Assembly: GCA_047495785.1 (NCBI GenBank)
Contig: JBLDXI010000001.1
Span: forward strand, 1 to 64,000
Length of the DNA: 64,000 bases
Direction of reading: 5' to 3'
Source of the DNA: Lepidodermella squamata
Lineage: Eukaryota > Animalia > Gastrotricha
Part shown: piece after piece, positions 1 to 14,085 of the stretch
Numbering within the stretch: position 1 is the first letter of the stretch
Layout: each line of letters starts with the position of its first letter
The notes under the pieces: model-generated
The model's input: only the letters and a program-made list of their open reading frames with translations
Told to the model about the DNA's origin: nothing
Database searches by the model: none
Position numbers and translations under genes: made by a program

Positions 1-3000
1 CCTTGTTGCTCGATACTCGGAGACTGTCTTGAGGAATGAATGTGGTGTCATCGAGGCTCGACGATTTGGCGCAGATCTTCTTAGGAGCGGCCGTCGTCTT
101 CGGTGTCTTTGAGGTTGTGGAAGAGCCACGCTCGCGGGGAACGCGGGGACTGCTAGGCTTTCCGCTCACTCCCGGCTTTGCAGTAGTCACGGTTGTCTTG
201 CGCACAGTAGTAGTCTTTGGTGCAACCTTGAAGCAACCGAATACAGACAACTGCGCCTGAACAGGTTCCTTGGGATCTTTCTTGTTGAACACGACAGTGA
301 TCGAGTCAGCATTAACCTCCTTCGGGAACTTGGCCGGCAATTCTGAAGGCTTGTATACCTGAGGAAAAACAAGAAAGAAGTCATGATTTTGCAAACGCTG
401 CTTTGATGCTGATACCTTAGGCTCCAATACGGGTCTGGTGTAAACAACGACAGATTCGACGTTGGTATATTGCGGCAAATCGAAACCAGCGAGAGGCGTG
501 CGAGCGGGGAATCGAATGGTCGTTTCCGGTTTCTTGTCTTCCGGAGAGCTCTTCCATGGCTTCTCAGACTTTGGCCTCAGGTTCTCCTTGTCCTCGGGCC
601 TGCTCGACGTTGTAATGGAACTCGAAGGCAAGTAGATGGGTTGTGACATTCCTTCCTTCTTTTCACAAGGCTTCGGCGTGGTTCCAGGAGTAGTTGATCC
701 CTTGGGCGCGTTCGATGCTCCAGTTTGAGCTTTCGGGGTTGTCGTTTCTATGATTAGTGACAGCGTCACGTCAAAATTAAATCCACAATATAACGAGTCG
801 ATACTTACTTGGCGCCTCCTTGAAGCAGCCACGAACCGCCAACTTAGCTTCCACAGGCTTGGAGTCATCGATGCGAGTGAAGGTCAGGCCGATGGCATCT
901 GCAACCACGTCGGTCGGGAAGTTGACGGGAAGCTCCGAAGGCTTGTATTCCTAAGATTGACTACTATTAAGCAAGCCAGTCGAAATAGGTAATCTACCCT
1001 CACCTTTTCAACGTTCTTGTTCGAAGGCGATACAGTCAAGCGGACAGCCTTAACGTTCTTAAGGTCTGGCAGGTCGAAGCCAGCAAGCTCAGAAGGGCGC
1101 GGGAATTGTACTCCAACGTTGGGCAAGCGATCGTTAGGTGACGATTTCCAAGGTTGCTTGCTGTTAGGGCGAAGATTTTCCTTGTCCTCTGGCCTGCTTG
1201 AGGTGCGCAGGCTTGATGTCGGTAAAAAGGCTGGTTGGTCCATGCCTTCGCGCTTCGTGCAAGGCTTGCGGGTGCTTGTCGTTCTGCGATCCCTAACCAC
1301 CTTAGGCTTTGTCGTCGTGCGGCTAGAGACAGCCGGGCGAGCCGTAGTTGTAGTGACTGAAAAATATATTCAGATTGGTCAATTACGCCAGTTATGGAAA
1401 GGCTAATCCGTGGCAATTACCGATCCTCTCCTTCGTGCAGCAGCTCAAGCCAACGCGAGAGCGAACGGGCTTCGAGTCGTCCTTCGGTGTAAACCTGATG
1501 ACAACACTGTCGGCGGTGATAGCGTCGCGGCCAGTAAACTTGACTGGCAAATCCCTCGGATCGAAGGACTAGATTATACACAAACGGAGTAGCAATGCAA
1601 TGGAGCGAGAGAATATGACAAACATACCTTGGACACACTCCTCTTGTCTGCGCGGAAGGTCACATCCACTCGTTCGACGTTTCTCACGTCAGGAAGATCG
1701 AAGCTGAGTACTGGGGTTTCTCGGGGCAGCTCCACAGTAACCTCAGGTTGCTTGTCACGTGGGGATGACTCCCAAGGACGGCGAGCCGAAGGCCTGAGAT
1801 TTTCGCTCTCCTCCTTGTTGCTCGATACTCGGAGACTGTCTTGAGGAATGAATGTGGTGTCATCGAGGCTCGACGATTTGGCGCAGATCTTCTTAGGAGC
1901 GGCCGTCGTCTTCGGTGTCTTTGAGGTTGTGGAAGAGCCACGCTCGCGGGGAACGCGGGGACTGCTAGGCTTTCCGCTCACTCCCGGCTTTGCAGTAGTC
2001 ACGGTTGTCTTGCGCACAGTAGTAGTCTTTGGTGCAACCTTGAAGCAACCGAATACAGACAACTGCGCCTGAACAGGTTCCTTGGGATCTTTCTTGTTGA
2101 ACACGACAGTGATCGAGTCAGCATTAACCTCCTTCGGGAACTTGGCCGGCAATTCTGAAGGCTTGTATACCTGAGGAAAAACAAGAAAGAAGTCATGATT
2201 TTGCAAACGCTGCTTTGATGCTGATACCTTAGGCTCCAATACGGGTCTGGTGTAAACAACGACAGATTCGACGTTGGTATATTGCGGCAAATCGAAACCA
2301 GCGAGAGGCGTGCGAGCGGGGAATCGAATGGTCGTTTCCGGTTTCTTGTCTTCCGGAGAGCTCTTCCATGGCTTCTCAGACTTTGGCCTCAGGTTCTCCT
2401 TGTCCTCGGGCCTGCTCGACGTTGTAATGGAACTCGAAGGCAAGTAGATGGGTTGTGACATTCCTTCCTTCTTTTCACAAGGCTTCGGCGTGGTTCCAGG
2501 AGTAGTTGATCCCTTGGGCGCGTTCGATGCTCCAGTTTGAGCTTTCGGGGTTGTCGTTTCTATGATTAGTGACAGCGTCACGTCAAAATTAAATCCACAA
2601 TATAACGAGTCGATACTTACTTGGCGCCTCCTTGAAGCAGCCACGAACCGCCAACTTAGCTTCCACAGGCTTGGAGTCATCGATGCGAGTGAAGGTCAGG
2701 CCGATGGCATCTGCAACCACGTCGGTCGGGAAGTTGACGGGAAGCTCCGAAGGCTTGTATTCCTAAGATTGACTACTATTAAGCAAGCCAGTCGAAATAG
2801 GTAATCTACCCTCACCTTTTCAACGTTCTTGTTCGAAGGCGATACAGTCAAGCGGACAGCCTTAACGTTCTTAAGGTCTGGCAGGTCGAAGCCAGCAAGC
2901 TCAGAAGGGCGCGGGAATTGTACTCCAACGTTGGGCAAGCGATCGTTAGGTGACGATTTCCAAGGTTGCTTGCTGTTAGGGCGAAGATTTTCCTTGTCCT

Positions 3001-6000
3001 CTGGCCTGCTTGAGGTGCGCAGGCTTGATGTCGGTAAAAAGGCTGGTTGGTCCATGCCTTCGCGCTTCGTGCAAGGCTTGCGGGTGCTTGTCGTTCTGCG
3101 ATCCCTAACCACCTTAGGCTTTGTCGTCGTGCGGCTAGAGACAGCCGGGCGAGCCGTAGTTGTAGTGACTGAAAAATATATTCAGATTGGTCAATTACGC
3201 CAGTTATGGAAAGGCTAATCCGTGGCAATTACCGATCCTCTCCTTCGTGCAGCAGCTCAAGCCAACGCGAGAGCGAACGGGCTTCGAGTCGTCCTTCGGT
3301 GTAAACCTGATGACAACACTGTCGGCGGTGATAGCGTCGCGGCCAGTAAACTTGACTGGCAAATCCCTCGGATCGAAGGACTAGATTATACACAAACGGA
3401 GTAGCAATGCAATGGAGCGAGAGAATATGACAAACATACCTTGGACACACTCCTCTTGTCTGCGCGGAAGGTCACATCCACTCGTTCGACGTTTCTCACG
3501 TCAGGAAGATCGAAGCTGAGTACTGGGGTTTCTCGGGGCAGCTCCACAGTAACCTCAGGTTGCTTGTCACGTGGGGATGACTCCCAAGGACGGCGAGCCG
3601 AAGGCCTGAGATTTTCGCTCTCCTCCTTGTTGCTCGATACTCGGAGACTGTCTTGAGGAATGAATGTGGTGTCATCGAGGCTCGACGATTTGGCGCAGAT
3701 CTTCTTAGGAGCGGCCGTCGTCTTCGGTGTCTTTGAGGTTGTGGAAGAGCCACGCTCGCGGGGAACGCGGGGACTGCTAGGCTTTCCGCTCACTCCCGGC
3801 TTTGCAGTAGTCACGGTTGTCTTGCGCACAGTAGTAGTCTTTGGTGCAACCTTGAAGCAACCGAATACAGACAACTGCGCCTGAACAGGTTCCTTGGGAT
3901 CTTTCTTGTTGAACACGACAGTGATCGAGTCAGCATTAACCTCCTTCGGGAACTTGGCCGGCAATTCTGAAGGCTTGTATACCTGAGGAAAAACAAGAAA
4001 GAAGTCATGATTTTGCAAACGCTGCTTTGATGCTGATACCTTAGGCTCCAATACGGGTCTGGTGTAAACAACGACAGATTCGACGTTGGTATATTGCGGC
4101 AAATCGAAACCAGCGAGAGGCGTGCGAGCGGGGAATCGAATGGTCGTTTCCGGTTTCTTGTCTTCCGGAGAGCTCTTCCATGGCTTCTCAGACTTTGGCC
4201 TCAGGTTCTCCTTGTCCTCGGGCCTGCTCGACGTTGTAATGGAACTCGAAGGCAAGTAGATGGGTTGTGACATTCCTTCCTTCTTTTCACAAGGCTTCGG
4301 CGTGGTTCCAGGAGTAGTTGATCCCTTGGGCGCGTTCGATGCTCCAGTTTGAGCTTTCGGGGTTGTCGTTTCTATGATTAGTGACAGCGTCACGTCAAAA
4401 TTAAATCCACAATATAACGAGTCGATACTTACTTGGCGCCTCCTTGAAGCAGCCACGAACCGCCAACTTAGCTTCCACAGGCTTGGAGTCATCGATGCGA
4501 GTGAAGGTCAGGCCGATGGCATCTGCAACCACGTCGGTCGGGAAGTTGACGGGAAGCTCCGAAGGCTTGTATTCCTAAGATTGACTACTATTAAGCAAGC
4601 CAGTCGAAATAGGTAATCTACCCTCACCTTTTCAACGTTCTTGTTCGAAGGCGATACAGTCAAGCGGACAGCCTTAACGTTCTTAAGGTCTGGCAGGTCG
4701 AAGCCAGCAAGCTCAGAAGGGCGCGGGAATTGTACTCCAACGTTGGGCAAGCGATCGTTAGGTGACGATTTCCAAGGTTGCTTGCTGTTAGGGCGAAGAT
4801 TTTCCTTGTCCTCTGGCCTGCTTGAGGTGCGCAGGCTTGATGTCGGTAAAAAGGCTGGTTGGTCCATGCCTTCGCGCTTCGTGCAAGGCTTGCGGGTGCT
4901 TGTCGTTCTGCGATCCCTAACCACCTTAGGCTTTGTCGTCGTGCGGCTAGAGACAGCCGGGCGAGCCGTAGTTGTAGTGACTGAAAAATATATTCAGATT
5001 GGTCAATTACGCCAGTTATGGAAAGGCTAATCCGTGGCAATTACCGATCCTCTCCTTCGTGCAGCAGCTCAAGCCAACGCGAGAGCGAACGGGCTTCGAG
5101 TCGTCCTTCGGTGTAAACCTGATGACAACACTGTCGGCGGTGATAGCGTCGCGGCCAGTAAACTTGACTGGCAAATCCCTCGGATCGAAGGACTAGATTA
5201 TACACAAACGGAGTAGCAATGCAATGGAGCGAGAGAATATGACAAACATACCTTGGACACACTCCTCTTGTCTGCGCGGAAGGTCACATCCACTCGTTCG
5301 ACGTTTCTCACGTCAGGAAGATCGAAGCTGAGTACTGGGGTTTCTCGGGGCAGCTCCACAGTAACCTCAGGTTGCTTGTCACGTGGGGATGACTCCCAAG
5401 GACGGCGAGCCGAAGGCCTGAGATTTTCGCTCTCCTCCTTGTTGCTCGATACTCGGAGACTGTCTTGAGGAATGAATGTGGTGTCATCGAGGCTCGACGA
5501 TTTGGCGCAGATCTTCTTAGGAGCGGCCGTCGTCTTCGGTGTCTTTGAGGTTGTGGAAGAGCCACGCTCGCGGGGAACGCGGGGACTGCTAGGCTTTCCG
5601 CTCACTCCCGGCTTTGCAGTAGTCACGGTTGTCTTGCGCACAGTAGTAGTCTTTGGTGCAACCTTGAAGCAACCGAATACAGACAACTGCGCCTGAACAG
5701 GTTCCTTGGGATCTTTCTTGTTGAACACGACAGTGATCGAGTCAGCATTAACCTCCTTCGGGAACTTGGCCGGCAATTCTGAAGGCTTGTATACCTGAGG
5801 AAAAACAAGAAAGAAGTCATGATTTTGCAAACGCTGCTTTGATGCTGATACCTTAGGCTCCAATACGGGTCTGGTGTAAACAACGACAGATTCGACGTTG
5901 GTATATTGCGGCAAATCGAAACCAGCGAGAGGCGTGCGAGCGGGGAATCGAATGGTCGTTTCCGGTTTCTTGTCTTCCGGAGAGCTCTTCCATGGCTTCT

Positions 6001-9000
6001 CAGACTTTGGCCTCAGGTTCTCCTTGTCCTCGGGCCTGCTCGACGTTGTAATGGAACTCGAAGGCAAGTAGATGGGTTGTGACATTCCTTCCTTCTTTTC
6101 ACAAGGCTTCGGCGTGGTTCCAGGAGTAGTTGATCCCTTGGGCGCGTTCGATGCTCCAGTTTGAGCTTTCGGGGTTGTCGTTTCTATGATTAGTGACAGC
6201 GTCACGTCAAAATTAAATCCACAATATAACGAGTCGATACTTACTTGGCGCCTCCTTGAAGCAGCCACGAACCGCCAACTTAGCTTCCACAGGCTTGGAG
6301 TCATCGATGCGAGTGAAGGTCAGGCCGATGGCATCTGCAACCACGTCGGTCGGGAAGTTGACGGGAAGCTCCGAAGGCTTGTATTCCTAAGATTGACTAC
6401 TATTAAGCAAGCCAGTCGAAATAGGTAATCTACCCTCACCTTTTCAACGTTCTTGTTCGAAGGCGATACAGTCAAGCGGACAGCCTTAACGTTCTTAAGG
6501 TCTGGCAGGTCGAAGCCAGCAAGCTCAGAAGGGCGCGGGAATTGTACTCCAACGTTGGGCAAGCGATCGTTAGGTGACGATTTCCAAGGTTGCTTGCTGT
6601 TAGGGCGAAGATTTTCCTTGTCCTCTGGCCTGCTTGAGGTGCGCAGGCTTGATGTCGGTAAAAAGGCTGGTTGGTCCATGCCTTCGCGCTTCGTGCAAGG
6701 CTTGCGGGTGCTTGTCGTTCTGCGATCCCTAACCACCTTAGGCTTTGTCGTCGTGCGGCTAGAGACAGCCGGGCGAGCCGTAGTTGTAGTGACTGAAAAA
6801 TATATTCAGATTGGTCAATTACGCCAGTTATGGAAAGGCTAATCCGTGGCAATTACCGATCCTCTCCTTCGTGCAGCAGCTCAAGCCAACGCGAGAGCGA
6901 ACGGGCTTCGAGTCGTCCTTCGGTGTAAACCTGATGACAACACTGTCGGCGGTGATAGCGTCGCGGCCAGTAAACTTGACTGGCAAATCCCTCGGATCGA
7001 AGGACTAGATTATACACAAACGGAGTAGCAATGCAATGGAGCGAGAGAATATGACAAACATACCTTGGACACACTCCTCTTGTCTGCGCGGAAGGTCACA
7101 TCCACTCGTTCGACGTTTCTCACGTCAGGAAGATCGAAGCTGAGTACTGGGGTTTCTCGGGGCAGCTCCACAGTAACCTCAGGTTGCTTGTCACGTGGGG
7201 ATGACTCCCAAGGACGGCGAGCCGAAGGCCTGAGATTTTCGCTCTCCTCCTTGTTGCTCGATACTCGGAGACTGTCTTGAGGAATGAATGTGGTGTCATC
7301 GAGGCTCGACGATTTGGCGCAGATCTTCTTAGGAGCGGCCGTCGTCTTCGGTGTCTTTGAGGTTGTGGAAGAGCCACGCTCGCGGGGAACGCGGGGACTG
7401 CTAGGCTTTCCGCTCACTCCCGGCTTTGCAGTAGTCACGGTTGTCTTGCGCACAGTAGTAGTCTTTGGTGCAACCTTGAAGCAACCGAATACAGACAACT
7501 GCGCCTGAACAGGTTCCTTGGGATCTTTCTTGTTGAACACGACAGTGATCGAGTCAGCATTAACCTCCTTCGGGAACTTGGCCGGCAATTCTGAAGGCTT
7601 GTATACCTGAGGAAAAACAAGAAAGAAGTCATGATTTTGCAAACGCTGCTTTGATGCTGATACCTTAGGCTCCAATACGGGTCTGGTGTAAACAACGACA
7701 GATTCGACGTTGGTATATTGCGGCAAATCGAAACCAGCGAGAGGCGTGCGAGCGGGGAATCGAATGGTCGTTTCCGGTTTCTTGTCTTCCGGAGAGCTCT
7801 TCCATGGCTTCTCAGACTTTGGCCTCAGGTTCTCCTTGTCCTCGGGCCTGCTCGACGTTGTAATGGAACTCGAAGGCAAGTAGATGGGTTGTGACATTCC
7901 TTCCTTCTTTTCACAAGGCTTCGGCGTGGTTCCAGGAGTAGTTGATCCCTTGGGCGCGTTCGATGCTCCAGTTTGAGCTTTCGGGGTTGTCGTTTCTATG
8001 ATTAGTGACAGCGTCACGTCAAAATTAAATCCACAATATAACGAGTCGATACTTACTTGGCGCCTCCTTGAAGCAGCCACGAACCGCCAACTTAGCTTCC
8101 ACAGGCTTGGAGTCATCGATGCGAGTGAAGGTCAGGCCGATGGCATCTGCAACCACGTCGGTCGGGAAGTTGACGGGAAGCTCCGAAGGCTTGTATTCCT
8201 AAGATTGACTACTATTAAGCAAGCCAGTCGAAATAGGTAATCTACCCTCACCTTTTCAACGTTCTTGTTCGAAGGCGATACAGTCAAGCGGACAGCCTTA
8301 ACGTTCTTAAGGTCTGGCAGGTCGAAGCCAGCAAGCTCAGAAGGGCGCGGGAATTGTACTCCAACGTTGGGCAAGCGATCGTTAGGTGACGATTTCCAAG
8401 GTTGCTTGCTGTTAGGGCGAAGATTTTCCTTGTCCTCTGGCCTGCTTGAGGTGCGCAGGCTTGATGTCGGTAAAAAGGCTGGTTGGTCCATGCCTTCGCG
8501 CTTCGTGCAAGGCTTGCGGGTGCTTGTCGTTCTGCGATCCCTAACCACCTTAGGCTTTGTCGTCGTGCGGCTAGAGACAGCCGGGCGAGCCGTAGTTGTA
8601 GTGACTGAAAAATATATTCAGATTGGTCAATTACGCCAGTTATGGAAAGGCTAATCCGTGGCAATTACCGATCCTCTCCTTCGTGCAGCAGCTCAAGCCA
8701 ACGCGAGAGCGAACGGGCTTCGAGTCGTCCTTCGGTGTAAACCTGATGACAACACTGTCGGCGGTGATAGCGTCGCGGCCAGTAAACTTGACTGGCAAAT
8801 CCCTCGGATCGAAGGACTAGATTATACACAAACGGAGTAGCAATGCAATGGAGCGAGAGAATATGACAAACATACCTTGGACACACTCCTCTTGTCTGCG
8901 CGGAAGGTCACATCCACTCGTTCGACGTTTCTCACGTCAGGAAGATCGAAGCTGAGTACTGGGGTTTCTCGGGGCAGCTCCACAGTAACCTCAGGTTGCT

Positions 9001-12000
9001 TGTCACGTGGGGATGACTCCCAAGGACGGCGAGCCGAAGGCCTGAGATTTTCGCTCTCCTCCTTGTTGCTCGATACTCGGAGACTGTCTTGAGGAATGAA
9101 TGTGGTGTCATCGAGGCTCGACGATTTGGCGCAGATCTTCTTAGGAGCGGCCGTCGTCTTCGGTGTCTTTGAGGTTGTGGAAGAGCCACGCTCGCGGGGA
9201 ACGCGGGGACTGCTAGGCTTTCCGCTCACTCCCGGCTTTGCAGTAGTCACGGTTGTCTTGCGCACAGTAGTAGTCTTTGGTGCAACCTTGAAGCAACCGA
9301 ATACAGACAACTGCGCTTGAACAGGTTCCTTGGGATCTTTCTTGTTGAACACGACAGTGATCGAGTCAGCATTAACCTCCTTCGGGAACTTGGCCGGCAA
9401 TTCTGAAGGCTTGTATACCTGAGGAAAAACAAGAAAGAAGTCATGATTTTGCAAACGCTGCTTTGATGCTGATACCTTAGGCTCCAATACGGGTCTGGTG
9501 TAAACAACGACAGATTCGACGTTGGTATATTGCGGCAAATCGAAACCAGCGAGAGGCGTGCGAGCGGGGAATCGAATGGTCGTTTCCGGTTTCTTGTCTT
9601 CCGGAGAGCTCTTCCATGGCTTCTCAGACTTTGGCCTCAGGTTCTCCTTGTCCTCGGGCCTGCTCGACGTTGTAATGGAACTCGAAGGCAAGTAGATGGG
9701 TTGTGACATTCCTTCCTTCTTTTCACAAGGCTTCGGCGTGGTTCCAGGAGTAGTTGATCCCTTGGGCGCGTTCGATGCTCCAGTTTGAGCTTTCGGGGTT
9801 GTCGTTTCTATGATTAGTGACAGCGTCACGTCAAAATTAAATCCACAATATAACGAGTCGATACTTACTTGGCGCCTCCTTGAAGCAGCCACGAACCGCC
9901 AACTTAGCTTCCACAGGCTTGGAGTCATCGATGCGAGTGAAGGTCAGGCCGATGGCATCTGCAACCACGTCGGTCGGGAAGTTGACGGGAAGCTCCGAAG
10001 GCTTGTATTCCTAAGATTGACTACTATTAAGCAAGCCAGTCGAAATAGGTAATCTACCCTCACCTTTTCAACGTTCTTGTTCGAAGGCGATACAGTCAAG
10101 CGGACAGCCTTAACGTTCTTAAGGTCTGGCAGGTCGAAGCCAGCAAGCTCAGAAGGGCGCGGGAATTGTACTCCAACGTTGGGCAAGCGATCGTTAGGTG
10201 ACGATTTCCAAGGTTGCTTGCTGTTAGGGCGAAGATTTTCCTTGTCCTCTGGCCTGCTTGAGGTGCGCAGGCTTGATGTCGGTAAAAAGGCTGGTTGGTC
10301 CATGCCTTCGCGCTTCGTGCAAGGCTTGCGGGTGCTTGTCGTTCTGCGATCCCTAACCACCTTAGGCTTTGTCGTCGTGCGGCTAGAGACAGCCGGGCGA
10401 GCCGTAGTTGTAGTGACTGAAAAATATATTCAGATTGGTCAATTACGCCAGTTATGGAAAGGCTAATCCGTGGCAATTACCGATCCTCTCCTTCGTGCAG
10501 CAGCTCAAGCCAACGCGAGAGCGAACGGGCTTCGAGTCGTCCTTCGGTGTAAACCTGATGACAACACTGTCGGCGGTGATAGCGTCGCGGCCAGTAAACT
10601 TGACTGGCAAATCCCTCGGATCGAAGGACTAGATTATACACAAACGGAGTAGCAATGCAATGGAGCGAGAGAATATGACAAACATACCTTGGACACACTC
10701 CTCTTGTCTGCGCGGAAGGTCACATCCACTCGTTCGACGTTTCTCACGTCAGGAAGATCGAAGCTGAGTACTGGGGTTTCTCGGGGCAGCTCCACAGTAA
10801 CCTCAGGTTGCTTGTCACGTGGGGATGACTCCCAAGGACGGCGAGCCGAAGGCCTGAGATTTTCGCTCTCCTCCTTGTTGCTCGATACTCGGAGACTGTC
10901 TTGAGGAATGAATGTGGTGTCATCGAGGCTCGACGATTTGGCGCAGATCTTCTTAGGAGCGGCCGTCGTCTTCGGTGTCTTTGAGGTTGTGGAAGAGCCA
11001 CGCTCGCGGGGAACGCGGGGACTGCTAGGCTTTCCGCTCACTCCCGGCTTTGCAGTAGTCACGGTTGTCTTGCGCACAGTAGTAGTCTTTGGTGCAACCT
11101 TGAAGCAACCGAATACAGACAACTGCGCTTGAACAGGTTCCTTGGGATCTTTCTTGTTGAACACGACAGTGATCGAGTCAGCATTAACCTCCTTCGGGAA
11201 CTTGGCCGGCAATTCTGAAGGCTTGTATACCTGAGGAAAAACAAGAAAGAAGTCATGATTTTGCAAACGCTGCTTTGATGCTGATACCCTAGGCTCCAAT
11301 ACGGGTCTGGTGTAAACAACGACAGATTCGACGTTGGTATATTGCGGCAAATCGAAACCAGCGAGAGGCGTGCGAGCGGGGAATCGAATGGTCGTTTCCG
11401 GTTTCTTGTCTTCCGGAGAGCTCTTCCATGGCTTCTCAGACTTTGGCCTCAGGTTCTCCTTGTCCTCGGGCCTGCTCGACGTTGTAATGGAACTCGAAGG
11501 CAAGTAGATGGGTTGTGACATTCCTTCCTTCTTTTCACAAGGCTTCGGCGTGGTTCCAGGAGTAGTTGATCCCTTGGGCGCGTTCGATGCTCCAGTTTGA
11601 GCTTTCGGGGTTGTCGTTTCTATGATTAGTGACAGCGTCACGTCAAAATTAAATCCACAATATAACGAGTCGATACTTACTTGGCGCCTCCTTGAAGCAG
11701 CCACGAACCGCCAACTTAGCTTCCACAGGCTTGGAGTCATCGATGCGAGTGAAGGTCAGGCCGATGGCATCTGCAACCACGTCGGTCGGGAAGTTGACGG
11801 GAAGCTCCGAAGGCTTGTATTCCTAAGATTGACTACTATTAAGCAAGCCAGTCGAAATAGGTAATCTACCCTCACCTTTTCAACGTTCTTGTTCGAAGGC
11901 GATACAGTCAAGCGGACAGCCTTAACGTTCTTAAGGTCTGGCAGGTCGAAGCCAGCAAGCTCAGAAGGGCGCGGGAATTGTACTCCAACGTTGGGCAAGC

Positions 12001-14085
12001 GATCGTTAGGTGACGATTTCCAAGGTTGCTTGCTGTTAGGGCGAAGATTTTCCTTGTCCTCTGGCCTGCTTGAGGTGCGCAGGCTTGATGTCGGTAAAAA
12101 GGCTGGTTGGTCCATGCCTTCGCGCTTCGTGCAAGGCTTGCGGGTGCTTGTCGTTCTGCGATCCCTAACCACCTTAGGCTTTGTCGTCGTGCGGCTAGAG
12201 ACAGCCGGGCGAGCCGTAGTTGTAGTGACTGAAAAATATATTCAGATTGGTCAATTACGCCAGTTATGGAAAGGCTAATCCGTGGCAATTACCGATCCTC
12301 TCCTTCGTGCAGCAGCTCAAGCCAACGCGAGAGCGAACGGGCTTCGAGTCGTCCTTCGGTGTAAACCTGATGACAACACTGTCGGCGGTGATAGCGTCGC
12401 GGCCAGTAAACTTGACTGGCAAATCCCTCGGATCGAAGGACTAGATTATACACAAACGGAGTAGCAATGCAATGGAGCGAGAGAATATGACAAACATACC
12501 TTGGACACACTCCTCTTGTCTGCGCGGAAGGTCACATCCACTCGTTCGACGTTTCTCACGTCAGGAAGATCGAAGCTGAGTACTGGGGTTTCTCGGGGCA
12601 GCTCCACAGTAACCTCAGGTTGCTTGTCACGTGGGGATGACTCCCAAGGACGGCGAGCCGAAGGCCTGAGATTTTCGCTCTCCTCCTTGTTGCTCGATAC
12701 TCGGAGACTGTCTTGAGGAATGAATGTGGTGTCATCGAGGCTCGACGATTTGGCGCAGATCTTCTTAGGAGCGGCCGTCGTCTTCGGTGTCTTTGAGGTT
12801 GTGGAAGAGCCACGCTCGCGGGGAACGCGGGGACTGCTAGGCTTTCCGCTCACTCCCGGCTTTGCAGTAGTCACGGTTGTCTTGCGCACAGTAGTAGTCT
12901 TTGGTGCAACCTTGAAGCAACCGAATACAGACAACTGCGCTTGAACAGGTTCCTTGGGATCTTTCTTGTTGAACACGACAGTGATCGAGTCAGCATTAAC
13001 CTCCTTCGGGAACTTGGCCGGCAATTCTGAAGGCTTGTATACCTGAGGAAAAACAAGAAAGAAGTCATGATTTTGCAAACGCTGCTTTGATGCTGATACC
13101 TTAGGCTCCAATACGGGTCTGGTGTAAACAACGACAGATTCGACGTTGGTATATTGCGGCAAATCGAAACCAGCGAGAGGCGTGCGAGCGGGGAATCGAA
13201 TGGTCGTTTCCGGTTTCTTGTCTTCCGGAGAGCTCTTCCATGGCTTCTCAGACTTTGGCCTCAGGTTCTCCTTGTCCTCGGGCCTGCTCGACGTTGTAAT
13301 GGAACTCGAAGGCAAGTAGATGGGTTGTGACATTCCTTCCTTCTTTTCACAAGGCTTCGGCGTGGTTCCAGGAGTAGTTGATCCCTTGGGCGCGTTCGAT
13401 GCTCCAGTTTGAGCTTTCGGGGTTGTCGTTTCTATGATTAGTGACAGCGTCACGTCAAAATTAAATCCACAATATAACGAGTCGATACTTACTTGGCGCC
13501 TCCTTGAAGCAGCCACGAACCGCCAACTTAGCTTCCACAGGCTTGGAGTCATCGATGCGAGTGAAGGTCAGGCCGATGGCATCTGCAACCACGTCGGTCG
13601 GGAAGTTGACGGGAAGCTCCGAAGGCTTGTATTCCTAAGATTGACTACTATTAAGCAAGCCAGTCGAAATAGGTAATCTACCCTCACCTTTTCAACGTTC
13701 TTGTTCGAAGGCGATACAGTCAAGCGGACAGCCTTAACGTTCTTAAGGTCTGGCAGGTCGAAGCCAGCAAGCTCAGAAGGGCGCGGGAATTGTACTCCAA
13801 CGTTGGGCAAGCGATCGTTAGGTGACGATTTCCAAGGTTGCTTGCTGTTAGGGCGAAGATTTTCCTTGTCCTCTGGCCTGCTTGAGGTGCGCAGGCTTGA
13901 TGTCGGTAAAAAGGCTGGTTGGTCCATGCCTTCGCGCTTCGTGCAAGGCTTGCGGGTGCTTGTCGTTCTGCGATCCCTAACCACCTTAGGCTTTGTCGTC
14001 GTGCGGCTAGAGACAGCCGGGCGAGCCGTAGTTGTAGTGACTGAAAAATATATTCAGATTGGTCAATTACGCCAGTTATGGAAAG
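1..14085 (-). repeat. Coding tandem array, 1812-bp unit (7 full copies + ~0.75 at the window edge); 5 exons/5 introns, 506 aa, 3 domains per unit
   Basis: ORF track recurs every 1812 bp. Exons 1004-1356 (353), 809-950 (142), 416-747 (332), 1628-2170 (543), 1421-1568 (148) sum to 1518 nt. GT-AG introns 951-1003 (53), 748-808 (61), 359-415 (57), 1569-1627 (59), 1357-1420 (64) sum to 294 nt. Total is exactly 1812. Confidence 0.95.

Noticed and set aside
1574-2680. 368-aa, 193-aa and 138-aa ORFs taken as complete proteins
   Set aside because: Their ends are intron read-through (e.g. VCLSYSL..., VSIGVGR..., VRVDYLF... begin at GT donors).
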